Positions 1 through 9,346 of a stretch of DNA of 64,000 nucleotides are shown piece after piece. The translations under genes and the position numbers were made by a program. The notes below the pieces were generated by a model, which was not told where the DNA came from, ran no database searches, and worked only from the letters and a program-made list of their open reading frames with translations. The first letter of the stretch is position 1. Each line of letters opens with the position of its first letter. Source of the DNA: an uncultured delta proteobacterium (GTDB lineage Bacteria; Desulfobacterota; Binatia; UBA9968); NCBI GenBank assembly GCA_963840855.1, contig CAWJBB010000087.1, forward strand, positions 108,235 to 172,234, in the 5' to 3' direction.

Positions 1-534
1 TTCATTTTGCCGAACTTATCCGCTTTCGGCGGTTCAACGGTCGGCGAGGGTTACGCCGTCCATTGGCATGTGCCCATCGATGATCAGACTCACTGGAAAT
101 ATATTTTCATGTTCAGCCGGAAGCGGGCCATCACTGCGGAGCTGCGCGACAAGAACCGGGCGGACATCTCGCCGGATTACCGCTTGACGCGCAGTCAAGT
201 CAACCGTTACCAGCAGGACCGCGCGTCGATGGCGACGAAAAGTTTCACCGGCATGGGCTTTAACTTCCAGGCCCACGATGCCTTCGCGACGGAAAGCCAG
301 GGGACCATTCAGGACAGGACGCAGGAGAATCTCGTTTCCTCCGACAAGGCCATTATCGCCGCGCGCAAACTGATCGTGAACGCGATCAGGGACGTGCAAG
401 AAAACCGCCGGCCGCAGCATGTGATGACGGATTCGGGGTCGAACCGCTTTCCCCATCTCATGGTAATATCCGAAGTCATCGACGACGCCGTGGACTGGAA
501 AGAGTATGTCAGGCAACTGGCCGGTAACCTTTAA
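1..534 (+). CDS. Rieske aromatic ring-hydroxylating oxygenase alpha subunit, C-terminal part (cut by window edge)
   Basis: WHVPIDD, FTGMG..FQAHDAFATESQG.I.DRT.ENL..SD motifs of phthalate-dioxygenase-like catalytic domains. Confidence 0.8.
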   Translation, partial: FILPNLSAFGGSTVGEGYAVHWHVPIDDQTHWKYIFMFSRKRAITAELRDKNRADISPDYRLTRSQVNRYQQDRASMATKSFTGMGFNFQAHDAFATESQGTIQDRTQENLVSSDKAIIAARKLIVNAIRDVQENRRPQHVMTDSGSNRFPHLMVISEVIDDAVDWKEYVRQLAGNL

Positions 535-536
535 AA

Positions 537-690
537 CCGTTCCAATCGTTCCAAACGTTCAAATAGTTCCAATCGTTGAAGGCAATTGAATCGTTCAAGT
601 TGTAGAGAATTTATGGAAGGTAAACCCTCCGAGACGGTTTGAACGATTTGAACGGCTTGAACGTTTTGAACAGGCCGACAAGGGAGGCAA
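537..690. repeat. Intergenic inverted-repeat element (TTC(A/C)AA array ... TTGAAC array), copy 1
   Basis: ~9-nt periodic gttccaatc/gttcaaata left arm and ttgaacgat/ttgaacggc/ttgaacgtt right arm, ending in gccgac..agggagg just before the next start codon. Confidence 0.8.
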
Positions 691-691
691 T

Positions 692-1675
692 TTGAGATTC
701 CCAAGCAAATGGATTTATGTTGCGGCTTTTATCTTGGTCTCGCCCATTAACACCGGTGCACAGGAACGTTACATGCTCGGTTACGCCGGGTTCGCCGGCT
801 TCCAGGTATCCATGTGGGCGGCGAAGGACCTTGGTTTGCTCAAAAAGTACGGCCTCGATGGCGAAGTGGTGCTGGTTCCCGGGACCACGCGCCAGATACA
901 GGCGCTCGTAGGCGAGAGCATCCATTTCGCGCATGTCGACGCCGCGGGTTACATTCGCGCCGTAATGCGGGGAGCGGAAATGGCGCTGGTCGGAGGGTCG
1001 TCGAACAAGTTTCCGTTTAGTCTCGTAACTCAAAAAGAGATTCGCAAACCGGCCGAACTGATCGGCAAGAAGATCGGCATCGTGGGATTTGGCGGCGGCA
1101 ATGATCTGGCCGTTACACTGCTGCTTAGAGAGTGGAAGATTCCGCGCGAGAAGGTCACGGTGCTGCAGGCTGGGGGAGGCGCGAACCGGCTCGCGGCTAT
1201 GATGGCGAAAGCCCTCGACGCAACGGTACTTTCTCATCCGGAGCTGGGGGAGGCGTTGCGCGCGGGCATGAACGAGCTGGGCAACCTGAACGATTTCAAG
1301 TCGGCCGATTATCCGATGAGCGCCGTCGCCGTGCGGCGCTCGTTCTTGCAGAATAACCGCGGTGTCGTGAAGCGTTTCTTGCAAGCCTACGCCGAAGGCA
1401 CGTACCAATTCATGAACGACAAGGAGAAAGGGATTAAGATTCTCAGGAACAGATTGAAGCAAGAAAACCCGACAGCGCTGGAGGAGACTTACCGGTATTT
1501 TGCCCCGCAGTTTTCTTTTCCGACGCGAGTTTCGCAGAACGGATTGCGCAACACCATTGAGATGATCGCTACAGAAAATGCCAAAGTAGACACCAATCTT
1601 CAGAAGTATCTAGACGAGAGCATACTTGACGAGCTGGAGAAGGAAGGGTTCTTCAAGCGAATTATTCAGAAATAA
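692..1675 (+). CDS. ABC transporter substrate-binding protein, NMT1/THI5/SsuA-like
   Basis: Signal peptide, KYGLDGEVV, L.GKKIGI motifs; RBS agggagg. Confidence 0.85.
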   Translation: MRFPSKWIYVAAFILVSPINTGAQERYMLGYAGFAGFQVSMWAAKDLGLLKKYGLDGEVVLVPGTTRQIQALVGESIHFAHVDAAGYIRAVMRGAEMALVGGSSNKFPFSLVTQKEIRKPAELIGKKIGIVGFGGGNDLAVTLLLREWKIPREKVTVLQAGGGANRLAAMMAKALDATVLSHPELGEALRAGMNELGNLNDFKSADYPMSAVAVRRSFLQNNRGVVKRFLQAYAEGTYQFMNDKEKGIKILRNRLKQENPTALEETYRYFAPQFSFPTRVSQNGLRNTIEMIATENAKVDTNLQKYLDESILDELEKEGFFKRIIQK

Positions 1676-1677
1676 TT

Positions 1678-1812
1678 CGCGTTCAAATCGTTCAAATAGT
1701 TCAAAACGTTCAAAGTCGTTTGAGAAAACCACGGAACTTCGAACCTCCGAGATCGGCTTGAACGATTTGAACAGCTTGAACGTTTTGAACACAGCCGACC
1801 GCAGGGAGGCAT
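1678..1812. repeat. Intergenic inverted-repeat element, copy 2
   Basis: Same architecture as 537-690, including aacctccga and ttgaacgatttgaac..ttgaacgttttgaac..gccgaccgcagggagg. Confidence 0.8.
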
Positions 1813-1814
1813 TG

Positions 1815-2850
1815 ATGAGATTCGCAGAGCAAATGGACTTCCTACTTCGGGTTTTTGCTGCTGCTGGTAATGCCCGTCGGCGCCGTCGCCCAGGAACGTT
1901 ACATGATCGGTTACGCCGGGTTCGCCGGCTTCCAGGCGTCCATGTGGGCTGTCAAAGACCTGGGCTTACTCAACAAGTACGGTCTTGACGGTGAAGTGGT
2001 GATGCTGCCTGGTTCGATTCGGCAGATTCAGGCGCTGGTCAGCGACAGCATTCACTTTGGCCATGTCGATGCCGCGGGTTCGATACGGGCAATCACGGGG
2101 GGCGCGGATGTCGTGCTGGTCGGAGGATCGCTGAATAAGTTTCCTTTTAGTTTTGTCACGCAAAAAGAGATTCGCAAACCCGCGGACCTGGCGGGCAAGA
2201 AAATCGGTATCGTTGGCTTCGGCAGCGCCCACGATCTGGCCATGACGCTGCTGCTTAAAGAATGGAACATTCCCCGGCAATCTGTAACGATTCTGCAAAG
2301 CGGCGGGGCGGCAAACCGTCTCGTTGCCCTTGCCGCGAATTCGCTGGACGCCACGCTGCTGTCTTACCCGGAGATCAGCGAGGCGAACCGGATGGGTATG
2401 AACGTGTTGAGTGATTTCAACGAACTAAAGTCCGCGGACTATCCCATCACCGCCGTTGCAGTGCGCCGCTCCTTCTTGGAGCAAAAACGGGATACGGTAA
2501 AACGGTTCATGAAGGCCTATGCTGAGGGGACTCACCTGTTCATAACGGATAAAGAAAAGGCAAGTTCAGTTTACAAACGGCGACTGAAGCAAAATAACCC
2601 GAAAGCGCTCGAAGAGACGTATCAATACTTTGCTCCGAAGTTTTCTTATCCACCGCGGGTCTCCCAGAACGGACTGCGCAACACATTGGATTTGATCGCG
2701 ATAGAAAATCCCAAAGTCGCTACGAATCTCGGCAAGTATCTCGACGAAAGTATTTTAGACGAGCTGGAGAAGGAAGGGTTCTTTAAGCGAATACTGGGAA
2801 ATAATTCGCGGTTCCAAACGTTCAAAAGTTCAAAAGTTCAAGCCGGTTGA
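1815..2850 (+). CDS. ABC transporter substrate-binding protein, tandem paralog of 692-1675 (5' frameshift)
   Basis: Highly similar protein (QERYM.GYAGFAGFQ.SMW; YLDESILDELEKEGFFKRI). Confidence 0.85.
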
Positions 2851-2933
2851 GAACAAGCTATCGGAAATTCAAACCTCCGTTGGACGGTTTGAACTGACTT
2901 GAACGATTTGAACCAACCGACCGCAGGGAGGTT
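2808..2933. repeat. Intergenic inverted-repeat element, copy 3
   Basis: ttcaaa arrays, aacctccg, ttgaac arrays, ccgaccgcagggagg. Confidence 0.75.
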
Positions 2934-2934
2934 T

Positions 2935-3798
2935 ATGTTAAGTAGAATTCAACACGCGGCCATCGTCAGTGAGAACTTCGTGCGCGAGGCCAAATTCTAC
3001 GAGGCCGTGCTCGGCATGAAGCGGTCCAGGCCTGGTTCCGCCGAAGAAGAAAAAGCGATCCGGACCAACTACGCGGTCAGCATCAGCGATGGCTACGTCG
3101 GCGTCACGGTGATTGGACGAAAACCGGGATATGTTCCGGGCCTGCATCATTTCGGCGTCGACGTCGATGATGTTGACGAAGCGATTCGCCGGATCAAGAA
3201 AAACTATCCCGACGTCGCGGTGTCTGAAGCGGCCGTCGAACCGGCCCTTCGCGACCTATGGGGCCCACGATCCCGAAGGGAATTATTTTGATTAACGCAA
3301 GAAGGAATGGCTAACCGAAGAGACGTTTACGCGGCTCGATCTAACTCGCCGCAAGTGGTTCGACCTGGCTCACCACAGGTCGAGCCGCCGCGGCGCATCC
3401 ATCACATCAAACTGCGCGTGATGAACCCCGCCAACATCGCTGCATTCTATCGCGACTCGTTCGATTTGCAGGAAGCGGAGAAAGCGCTCGAAGATCCCAA
3501 CTTCTATCTCACCGACGGCAAAGTCACGCTGATCGTTGCGCCGTGGAAGATGAGCGACTTCGAAGGCGCGGGCATCGACCGGCCGGGGATCGAACATATT
3601 GGCTTCAAGGTCGAAAATGTCGAAGCCTTCAAGAAGGATCTAGCCGCCTTACGCGAAGCGAATCCCGAGATGCGCGAGCGCATCGTCAGCGAACCGAGCG
3701 AAGGCGAACGCCGCCTCGCTTTGATCGCTTCCTGCCGCCACGGCCAACACCAGTTCTCCAGTCCGGACGGGATCTTCGTGGATATTTGCGAGACATAG
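2935..3798 (+). CDS. Two-domain VOC (glyoxalase/extradiol dioxygenase) family protein, frameshift near 3225
   Basis: IQHAAI, GLHHFG.DVDD, HDPEGNYFD, IHHIKL, GIEHIGFKVE, SPDG motifs across joined ORFs. Confidence 0.8.
3331..3378 (+). repeat. Two tandem 24-nt palindromic units in-frame inside the VOC gene
   Basis: gcggctcgatctaactcgccgcaa / gtggttcgacctggctcaccacag; same T(T)CGA.NNN.CTC core as intergenic copies at 53391-53414 and 59732-59755 (minus strand). Confidence 0.65.
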
Positions 3799-4039
3799 GG
3801 TACAAAAAAGACCAGCCTAGTCAGCAAGGAACCTTCTTTGTGGACACAGTAATTTGGTTGGATCCGCGTCAAGATCTTTCAAGTCCTTGAAGTTTAAAGA
3901 TAATTTAGTCAATATTCATCGTGAGTCCTCTGCGTATTTGTGCCCTCGTTGTGGGGTTGTATCCGTTTTTAGTGTGCTGTAATATTGTGCTTGACAACAC
4001 ACATTAGCTATGGCTTAATTTCTCCCACGGAGGTGTGTC

Positions 4040-4309
4040 ATGGGTCGTGTGAACGTATTCTTGAAGGATGAATTGCTCGACGAGATCAACGAGGAAGCCA
4101 AAGAAGAAGGGACCAATCGAAGCGCCCTCATCCAGACAGCGTTGGAGAAGTATCTCGAAGGCAAGCGCCGTGAGCGCGAGGAGGAAGAAAAGCGGAAAAG
4201 GATGCAAGAGGCTTCGCGCAATATAGACGAGCTCGCCAAAGAGCTTGGAGACTGGAACCCCGTACCCATTATTCGCCACTTCCGCGATACAAATCTGAAA
4301 GGCGAGTAA
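4040..4309 (+). CDS. vapB: Ribbon-helix-helix antitoxin (VapB-like)
   Basis: RVNVFL.DELLDEI...NRSALIQTALEKYL RHH pattern; directly upstream of a PIN gene; TTGACA at 3991. Confidence 0.8.
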   Translation: MGRVNVFLKDELLDEINEEAKEEGTNRSALIQTALEKYLEGKRREREEEEKRKRMQEASRNIDELAKELGDWNPVPIIRHFRDTNLKGE

Positions 4310-4765
4310 ATGGTTGCTCCGTATCACCAAGGGTACGTACTCGATGCGTCCGTGGTTACCAAATGGTTTGTTGAGCGTAATGAACCCGATCGCGAGCGAG
4401 CCCTGGCGCTAAAAGAGATCCATGTATCAGGACGCTCCATCATCTACGTAATGGAACTGACCTTCTTGGAAGTGCTTAACGCTATCCGCTTCGGTTCGGG
4501 GACAAAGGAAGAGCAGGGTGCAAGAGCCATAGCTGGGCTTGTAGAGTTGCAGCTCGAGATCGTGCGTACTGATTTTCCATTACTCCGTAAAGCCAACGCC
4601 ATCGCCTGGGCCTACAAAATTACGATCTACGACGCTCTCTATGTTGCCCTCGCCGAGCAAGTGGGATATCCCCTCATCACCGCTGATGAAAAAATGATTA
4701 CGAATCTAAAGGGCCACAGTATCGTCGTCCCTTTGCGGGAATTCGAATTCAGGGCTGAAAATTAG
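4310..4765 (+). CDS. vapC: PIN-domain toxin
   Basis: VLDASV, EVLNA, IYDALYVALA, LITAD PIN motifs. Confidence 0.9.
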   Translation: MVAPYHQGYVLDASVVTKWFVERNEPDRERALALKEIHVSGRSIIYVMELTFLEVLNAIRFGSGTKEEQGARAIAGLVELQLEIVRTDFPLLRKANAIAWAYKITIYDALYVALAEQVGYPLITADEKMITNLKGHSIVVPLREFEFRAEN

Positions 4766-4814
4766 CGCTTATTGATGTTCTTATTGCGACACTAGGTGTC
4801 AGAGTAAAAGTACA

Positions 4815-5081
4815 ATGTCCCCGATTCCCGTTTCGATTCGATCTGATGTACTGGCGCAGACTCGCCGGCTGAATCCGCGTCAAGCGGGAGCGCTGGATCA
4901 CTTGCTCGCCCATGGCAAGCTGACTTTGGGCGAGCTGGAAAGTATCTTTCCCGACGTCAACCGCCGAACTCTACAGCGGGACCTGAAAGCTATGCTCGAT
5001 AAGAGCTGCTTCGGGAGGTGGCCACGGGACCGACCGACCCCAATCGCCACTATGTACTTGGGGAGCTGTGACAAGCTATGA
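4815..5081 (+). pseudogene. 3' remnant, DeoR-like HTH of the kind found at Fic-protein C-termini
   Basis: LNPRQ..ALD.L..HGKLT....FPDVNRRTLQRDLK; no upstream domain present. Confidence 0.55.
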
Positions 5082-5240
5082 CATGGAGCTGTGACATGCA
5101 TTTCTATCCCCTTTGGATCGCGAAATGGCGACCTCCGAGTCGCAATTGCAGTTTCTTAGCGCGAATGGCTGAAGCCGAACCGGTGGGCAAGGCGATGTCT
5201 TTTGGGAATTTTGATTGCGGTGAACTTCAGGGCGATTAAC

Positions 5241-5461
5241 CGAGGCATTTGATGACGCAGACCAAACGAAAGAAGCGCCAAGATCCGAAAAAGCGGAAGA
5301 TGCAGGAAGCGTCCCGTAAGATGGATGCGTTGGCGGAGAAGTTGGGGAAATCGGATCCTCAGGCAACTATCAGGAAATTTCGGGACACGAACTTGAAAGG
5401 TGACGGCTGATGAGCCAGACAATGAACGAACCCAATGTCAATCGCCGGACAAGGGCGACCG
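5241..5461 (+). repeat. ~220-bp direct repeat, copy 1 (copy 2 at 15951-16174)
   Basis: Shared sequence from cgaggcat through gtcaatcg and agggYgaccg. Confidence 0.9.
5252..5410 (+). CDS. 52-aa orphan mini-antitoxin (C-terminal half of the VapB at 4040)
   Basis: MTQTKRKKRQDPKKRKMQEASRKMDALAEKLGKSDPQATIRKFRDTNLKGDG aligns with KRKRMQEASRNIDELAKELGDWNPVPIIRHFRDTNLKGE; open frame with gagg RBS. Confidence 0.65.
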   Translation: MTQTKRKKRQDPKKRKMQEASRKMDALAEKLGKSDPQATIRKFRDTNLKGDG

Positions 5462-5744
5462 GTTGATTTGGCCTATTTGATAACGCTGGAAGCCATTTCG
5501 TCGAGGCGGCATCTTGTCCCGGTCCTCATACTTCGGACCAGTCCTCCCCATCCGGGCTTTTCCGTTTAGCATTTCGGAGTTTAGAAAATCTTCTTTATTA
5601 CAGAGATCTTAACTTAGGCTTTCCGCGATAAGCCATTCTGGTTAGCGAGTCTTTCGGTAATCGTAAACCTGCCCGTGCCCGAAGTCTACGCCCAAACACC
5701 GACCCGCCCAAGGCCCCCGCTGGTTATTACGGTTTCACTGGGTA

Positions 5745-5783
5745 TTGACAGTTCTTATCAGTATCTGGTAAATATTGGATACT
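5745..5783 (+). promoter_or_regulatory. Putative sigma70 promoter with overlapping inverted repeat
   Basis: TTGACA-N18-TAAATA; AGTATC-N12-GATACT over the -10; just upstream of the ggggagg RBS. Confidence 0.35.
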
Positions 5784-5806
5784 CACAATGTATGGGGAGG
5801 TTGGAA

Positions 5807-6860
5807 ATGATGCCAAAAGTCCTCGTGGATCCTGAACCTGCGCCTATCACGCTATTACGATAGAAGGGCAAGAGGTCGAAGTTCAATCTGCTATGCTTCC
5901 AATTGATGAAATCAAGCTCGACCCGGAGAATCCTCGTATAAAAAGAGGCCTAAAACCTCCGGTCACCCAAGATACCATAAGGAAATTCCTTTTAGAGCAG
6001 CCTGGTGTACCGGACTTACAGAAGCAGATCCGTGATAACGGTGGCCTGATCGAACAAATCTTTGTAAATCAGGCAATATCTGCGCTGTCGAAGGAAACTG
6101 TCGAGCCGCTATCTATCGAAGGCTTCGGGACGCTCAGCAAAGCGACTCGCGATGGCAAAAGATCCCTGCGCTAGTTCTGCCGGCAGAGATTAGTGACGAA
6201 CAGATCGCGATAGTGCGCGCCATTTTCCATGTGCAGCCGAAATAAAATCAGGTGGGGCGCCTATGAGCAGCAGGAGCACCTTTACGATATGGCGACCCGG
6301 CTCAAAATGGACATCCCCCGAATCGCCCTCCTTCTCGGTGTCAGCCAGAACCGACCGTCCGGAGACTAATTGAGGCGTATGAGGGCATGACCAAATATTA
6401 TGTCCCAAATGCTGGCTCTATCGAGGGACGGCGGGTTTGGTCTTACTTCGACGAGTTATTCAAGAATCCAGGTCTGAAAGAATTTCGAGCGAGCGCAAAG
6501 AATATGGAGCTATTTTCTCAATTAGTCAAAGAGAAAAAGATTCCTCGTGGTGCCGATGCTCGACAGCTGGCGAATATTGTGAACGACAGCAAAGCATTTC
6601 AGAAGCTTCAAGCTAACGGTTTTAAGCCGGCTCTTAAACAGGCAGGACGCAGCCAACCCGCGAAAGTCTATCCGCTGTTTAAGAAGATACGACAAGCAAA
6701 GGTGGCGTTTGAGAAGATTACACAGGCAGATCTCGAGGATATCCAGAGGCAAGCCGGCCAGCAGAGTGAGCTGCGTGAACTCTACCGCGCCCTCACGAAG
6801 GTCGCCAAATTGGCGAATATTTCGCTCAAGTCGGAGGCGGAGCAAAATGGCAAGAAGTAA
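5807..6860 (+). CDS. ParB/Srx-fold + HTH protein 1 (several frameshifts)
   Basis: Rebuilt: LDPENPR, NGGLIEQIFV, VEGNCRAAIYR, WQKIPALVLP, WGAYEQ, WSYFDELFK. Confidence 0.75.
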
Positions 6861-7886
6861 CATAGCTGCAACGGCAGCCGAAAAAGTGGTAGTGGACGAA
6901 ATCACGCTGGATGGACGTAAGGTGGCTGTGCGCAACGAAGAAATTCCAGTCGAACGCCTCCGACTTGACGCGCAGAATCCTCGCATTGCTAACACTGTCG
7001 CCTTTAGACGCGATTTAAAAGCCGATTTCGAAAGTGCAATTGAGGATCTGTTGTGGTCGGACCCAGATGTTCGCGACCTGTACCGGCAGGTACTTGTGAA
7101 TCGCGGACTCATCGAGAGGATCATCGTTACGACGGACTTTACCGTTGTTGAAGGCAATTGCCGACTGATTGTTTATCGGAAACTGCGAGAAAAGTATCCG
7201 GGTGAACCACATTGGATGAAAGTCCCATCACGAGTGCTTCCCGATGACATTAGTAAGCGCAATATTGCGTTGCTCTTGGCCCAGCTTCATGTCCAGGGGA
7301 AGAACGAGTGGTCTAGCTTCGAAAAAGCTGGGCACGTTTATAAGTTACACAAAGAATTCGCGTTAACTCAGGATGAGATTGCCCTGAGGCTTCGCATGTC
7401 AAAGTCCAAGGTGAATCAGCTCATCCGTGCTTTCGAAGCGATGAAGACAGTGTTCCTTCCACGATTCCCAGACCCCGCTAACGTTCACAAGTTTTCGTAT
7501 TTTGAGGAACTCTTCAAGAAACCTGAACTACGGGAATGGGCAATGAATGATGTTGATGCTGTTCACCGATTTGCTGGGTGGGTTGGACAAGCAAACTCTC
7601 GCAGGGCGTTCAAGTCAGAGACCTATCAGCCATACTTGCGAGTCCAGAGGCCTTGGCTGCACTTGAGCACGGCGGCTACGTCGAAGCGCGAAAGGTACTT
7701 GAAGAAGATGATCCGACAATTTCATCGCCACTGTTTAGAAAAATGGTCGAAATGACTGAGGCTCTTCGTAATGCACGTCTTGACGATATCCAACGAGCAC
7801 GGCCGGATGGTAGTCGCGCAGCACGAAGAATTGTACGTGATTTTCAGCAGGCATTAACCCGTTTTGTTCAGCTGAGTTCGAATTAG
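6847..7886 (+). CDS. ParB/Srx-fold + HTH protein 2 (frameshift near 7595)
   Basis: LDAQNPR, RGLIERIIV, VEGNCR, HVQGKNEWSSFEKA, HTH LTQDEIALRLRMSKSKV, KFSYFEELFK. Confidence 0.85.
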
Positions 7887-7905
7887 TTATACTCGGAGGA
7901 AATTA

Positions 7906-8918
7906 ATGAAGTACACACGAAATGTTCAAGGCGCGCTCGTCGAACTCGAGTTGGTTGAAGTAGATCCCAAAGCAGTGACGCTCGATCCCACGAACCCTCG
8001 GCTAGGATTCTCAATCCGCCAGCTGAACGAGGAGATGTGTAATGATGCTGCCTGCACCTTGCTTTTAACGAGTCAGGAAGACGTCGAGGAACTAAAACGC
8101 TCGGTAGTACTCTCCGGTGGTGTCCAGGAGCCGATCTACCTCCGTGCGAACAATGTTGTCGCCGAAGGCAATCGGCGAGTCGTCGCGATGCGCTTGGCGA
8201 AAGAAGAATATCCCGGTAATCCTCGATTCGAGACAATACCGGCATGGCTGATTCCCGCTGACACCCCTGAGTATGTGGTCCAAAATCTATTGAATGAAAT
8301 ACACCTCGGTTCCGTGCGAGGCTGGGCACCATATGAGAAAGCCCTACAATTGCGGGCATTAATTGCAAGTGGGCTTATCGAAGAGGAGGTTGCTGAGCGT
8401 TACCGGATGACGGCGCGCGACGTACGCCAGTATATTGCGGCAGCAGAGCTCATGGACCGCGAATATTTCCCGATTACGAAGGAACCTACAGATATCGAGC
8501 ATCGGGCAAAGTTTTCGTATTTTCTTGAATTCCATAAGAACACTAAGCTTCAAAAGCGTCTTCAAGACGATTCTAATTTAGCTATTCGCTTTGTTACTTG
8601 GGTGGCAGACGGTCGAATCAATACCGGTGAGCGAGTAGACGTTTGCCACGCATACTGGAATCCACCAGAGCTGTCGAGCTGCTCGAAAACGTCGGGTTTG
8701 ACACGGCTGAGGAGTATCTCAGGCAGCAACATCCGGAAGAACAAGAGCTCTATGCACTCCTGGAGAAAACACGAGGACGATTAGAATCGATGACCGTTAC
8801 GGAGCTCGACGAACTCGGACCGAGCCGGGAGCGTCTCCAGATTGTGCTCGGATTGCAGTATGCAATCGATAAAATTTTGTCCGCCGTGGAACACCTGGGA
8901 TCTGAAAAGTCGGTTTAA
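7906..8918 (+). CDS. ParB/Srx-fold + HTH protein 3 (frameshift near 8640)
   Basis: LDPTNPR, GGVQEPIYL, AEGNRR, HLGSVRGWAPYEKA, HTH EEEVAERYRMTARDV, KFSYFLEF. Confidence 0.85.
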
Positions 8919-9346
8919 TGACCTCGATTCAACATCAGATCCTCGCCTTTTGGGCTGCCAGGAAGATGACTTGGGATGGCTACTGGATAGCCGGATTTGA
9001 CGGCCAAAGGGCACCGCGGGACGACTGGAACAAATTACCGCCGCCACCGATTGTTTGCGGTGTACGTCCGGACGTTTGGGGTTACGACGACAACGGCACT
9101 CAAGTGGCGATAGGTGAGGCAAAAACCGGTGAGGATGTTGACACCGCACATACCCACGCACAGCTTTGGGTTTTTAAACAAATGCGAGTTCCCACGGGAC
9201 TACGCTGCCGTCTCTATATCGCGGTTCCCCAGTCATCGGTGCACGCGCTCGACCGAGTACTTGCAAGACGCGGACTAATAGGGATTCGCGAGATCGTTCG
9301 AATTCATGTTCCCGACATCTTTCTTCCTCAAAAGGAGGACGTGTGA
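8918..9346 (+). CDS. Putative PD-(D/E)xK nuclease-fold protein
   Basis: RPDVWG...IGEAKT...QL motif; TAATG and GTGA overlaps with neighbours. Confidence 0.6.
   Translation: MTSIQHQILAFWAARKMTWDGYWIAGFDGQRAPRDDWNKLPPPPIVCGVRPDVWGYDDNGTQVAIGEAKTGEDVDTAHTHAQLWVFKQMRVPTGLRCRLYIAVPQSSVHALDRVLARRGLIGIREIVRIHVPDIFLPQKEDV

Noticed and set aside
537-2933. TTGAAC arrays as a CRISPR array
   Set aside because: 7-9 nt periodic inverted arms, no constant 25-40 nt repeats with unique spacers, no cas genes
5807-8918. ParB genes as a chromosome or plasmid partition locus
   Set aside because: No ParA Walker ATPase, replication gene or canonical parS nearby; operonic with a nuclease and SNF2
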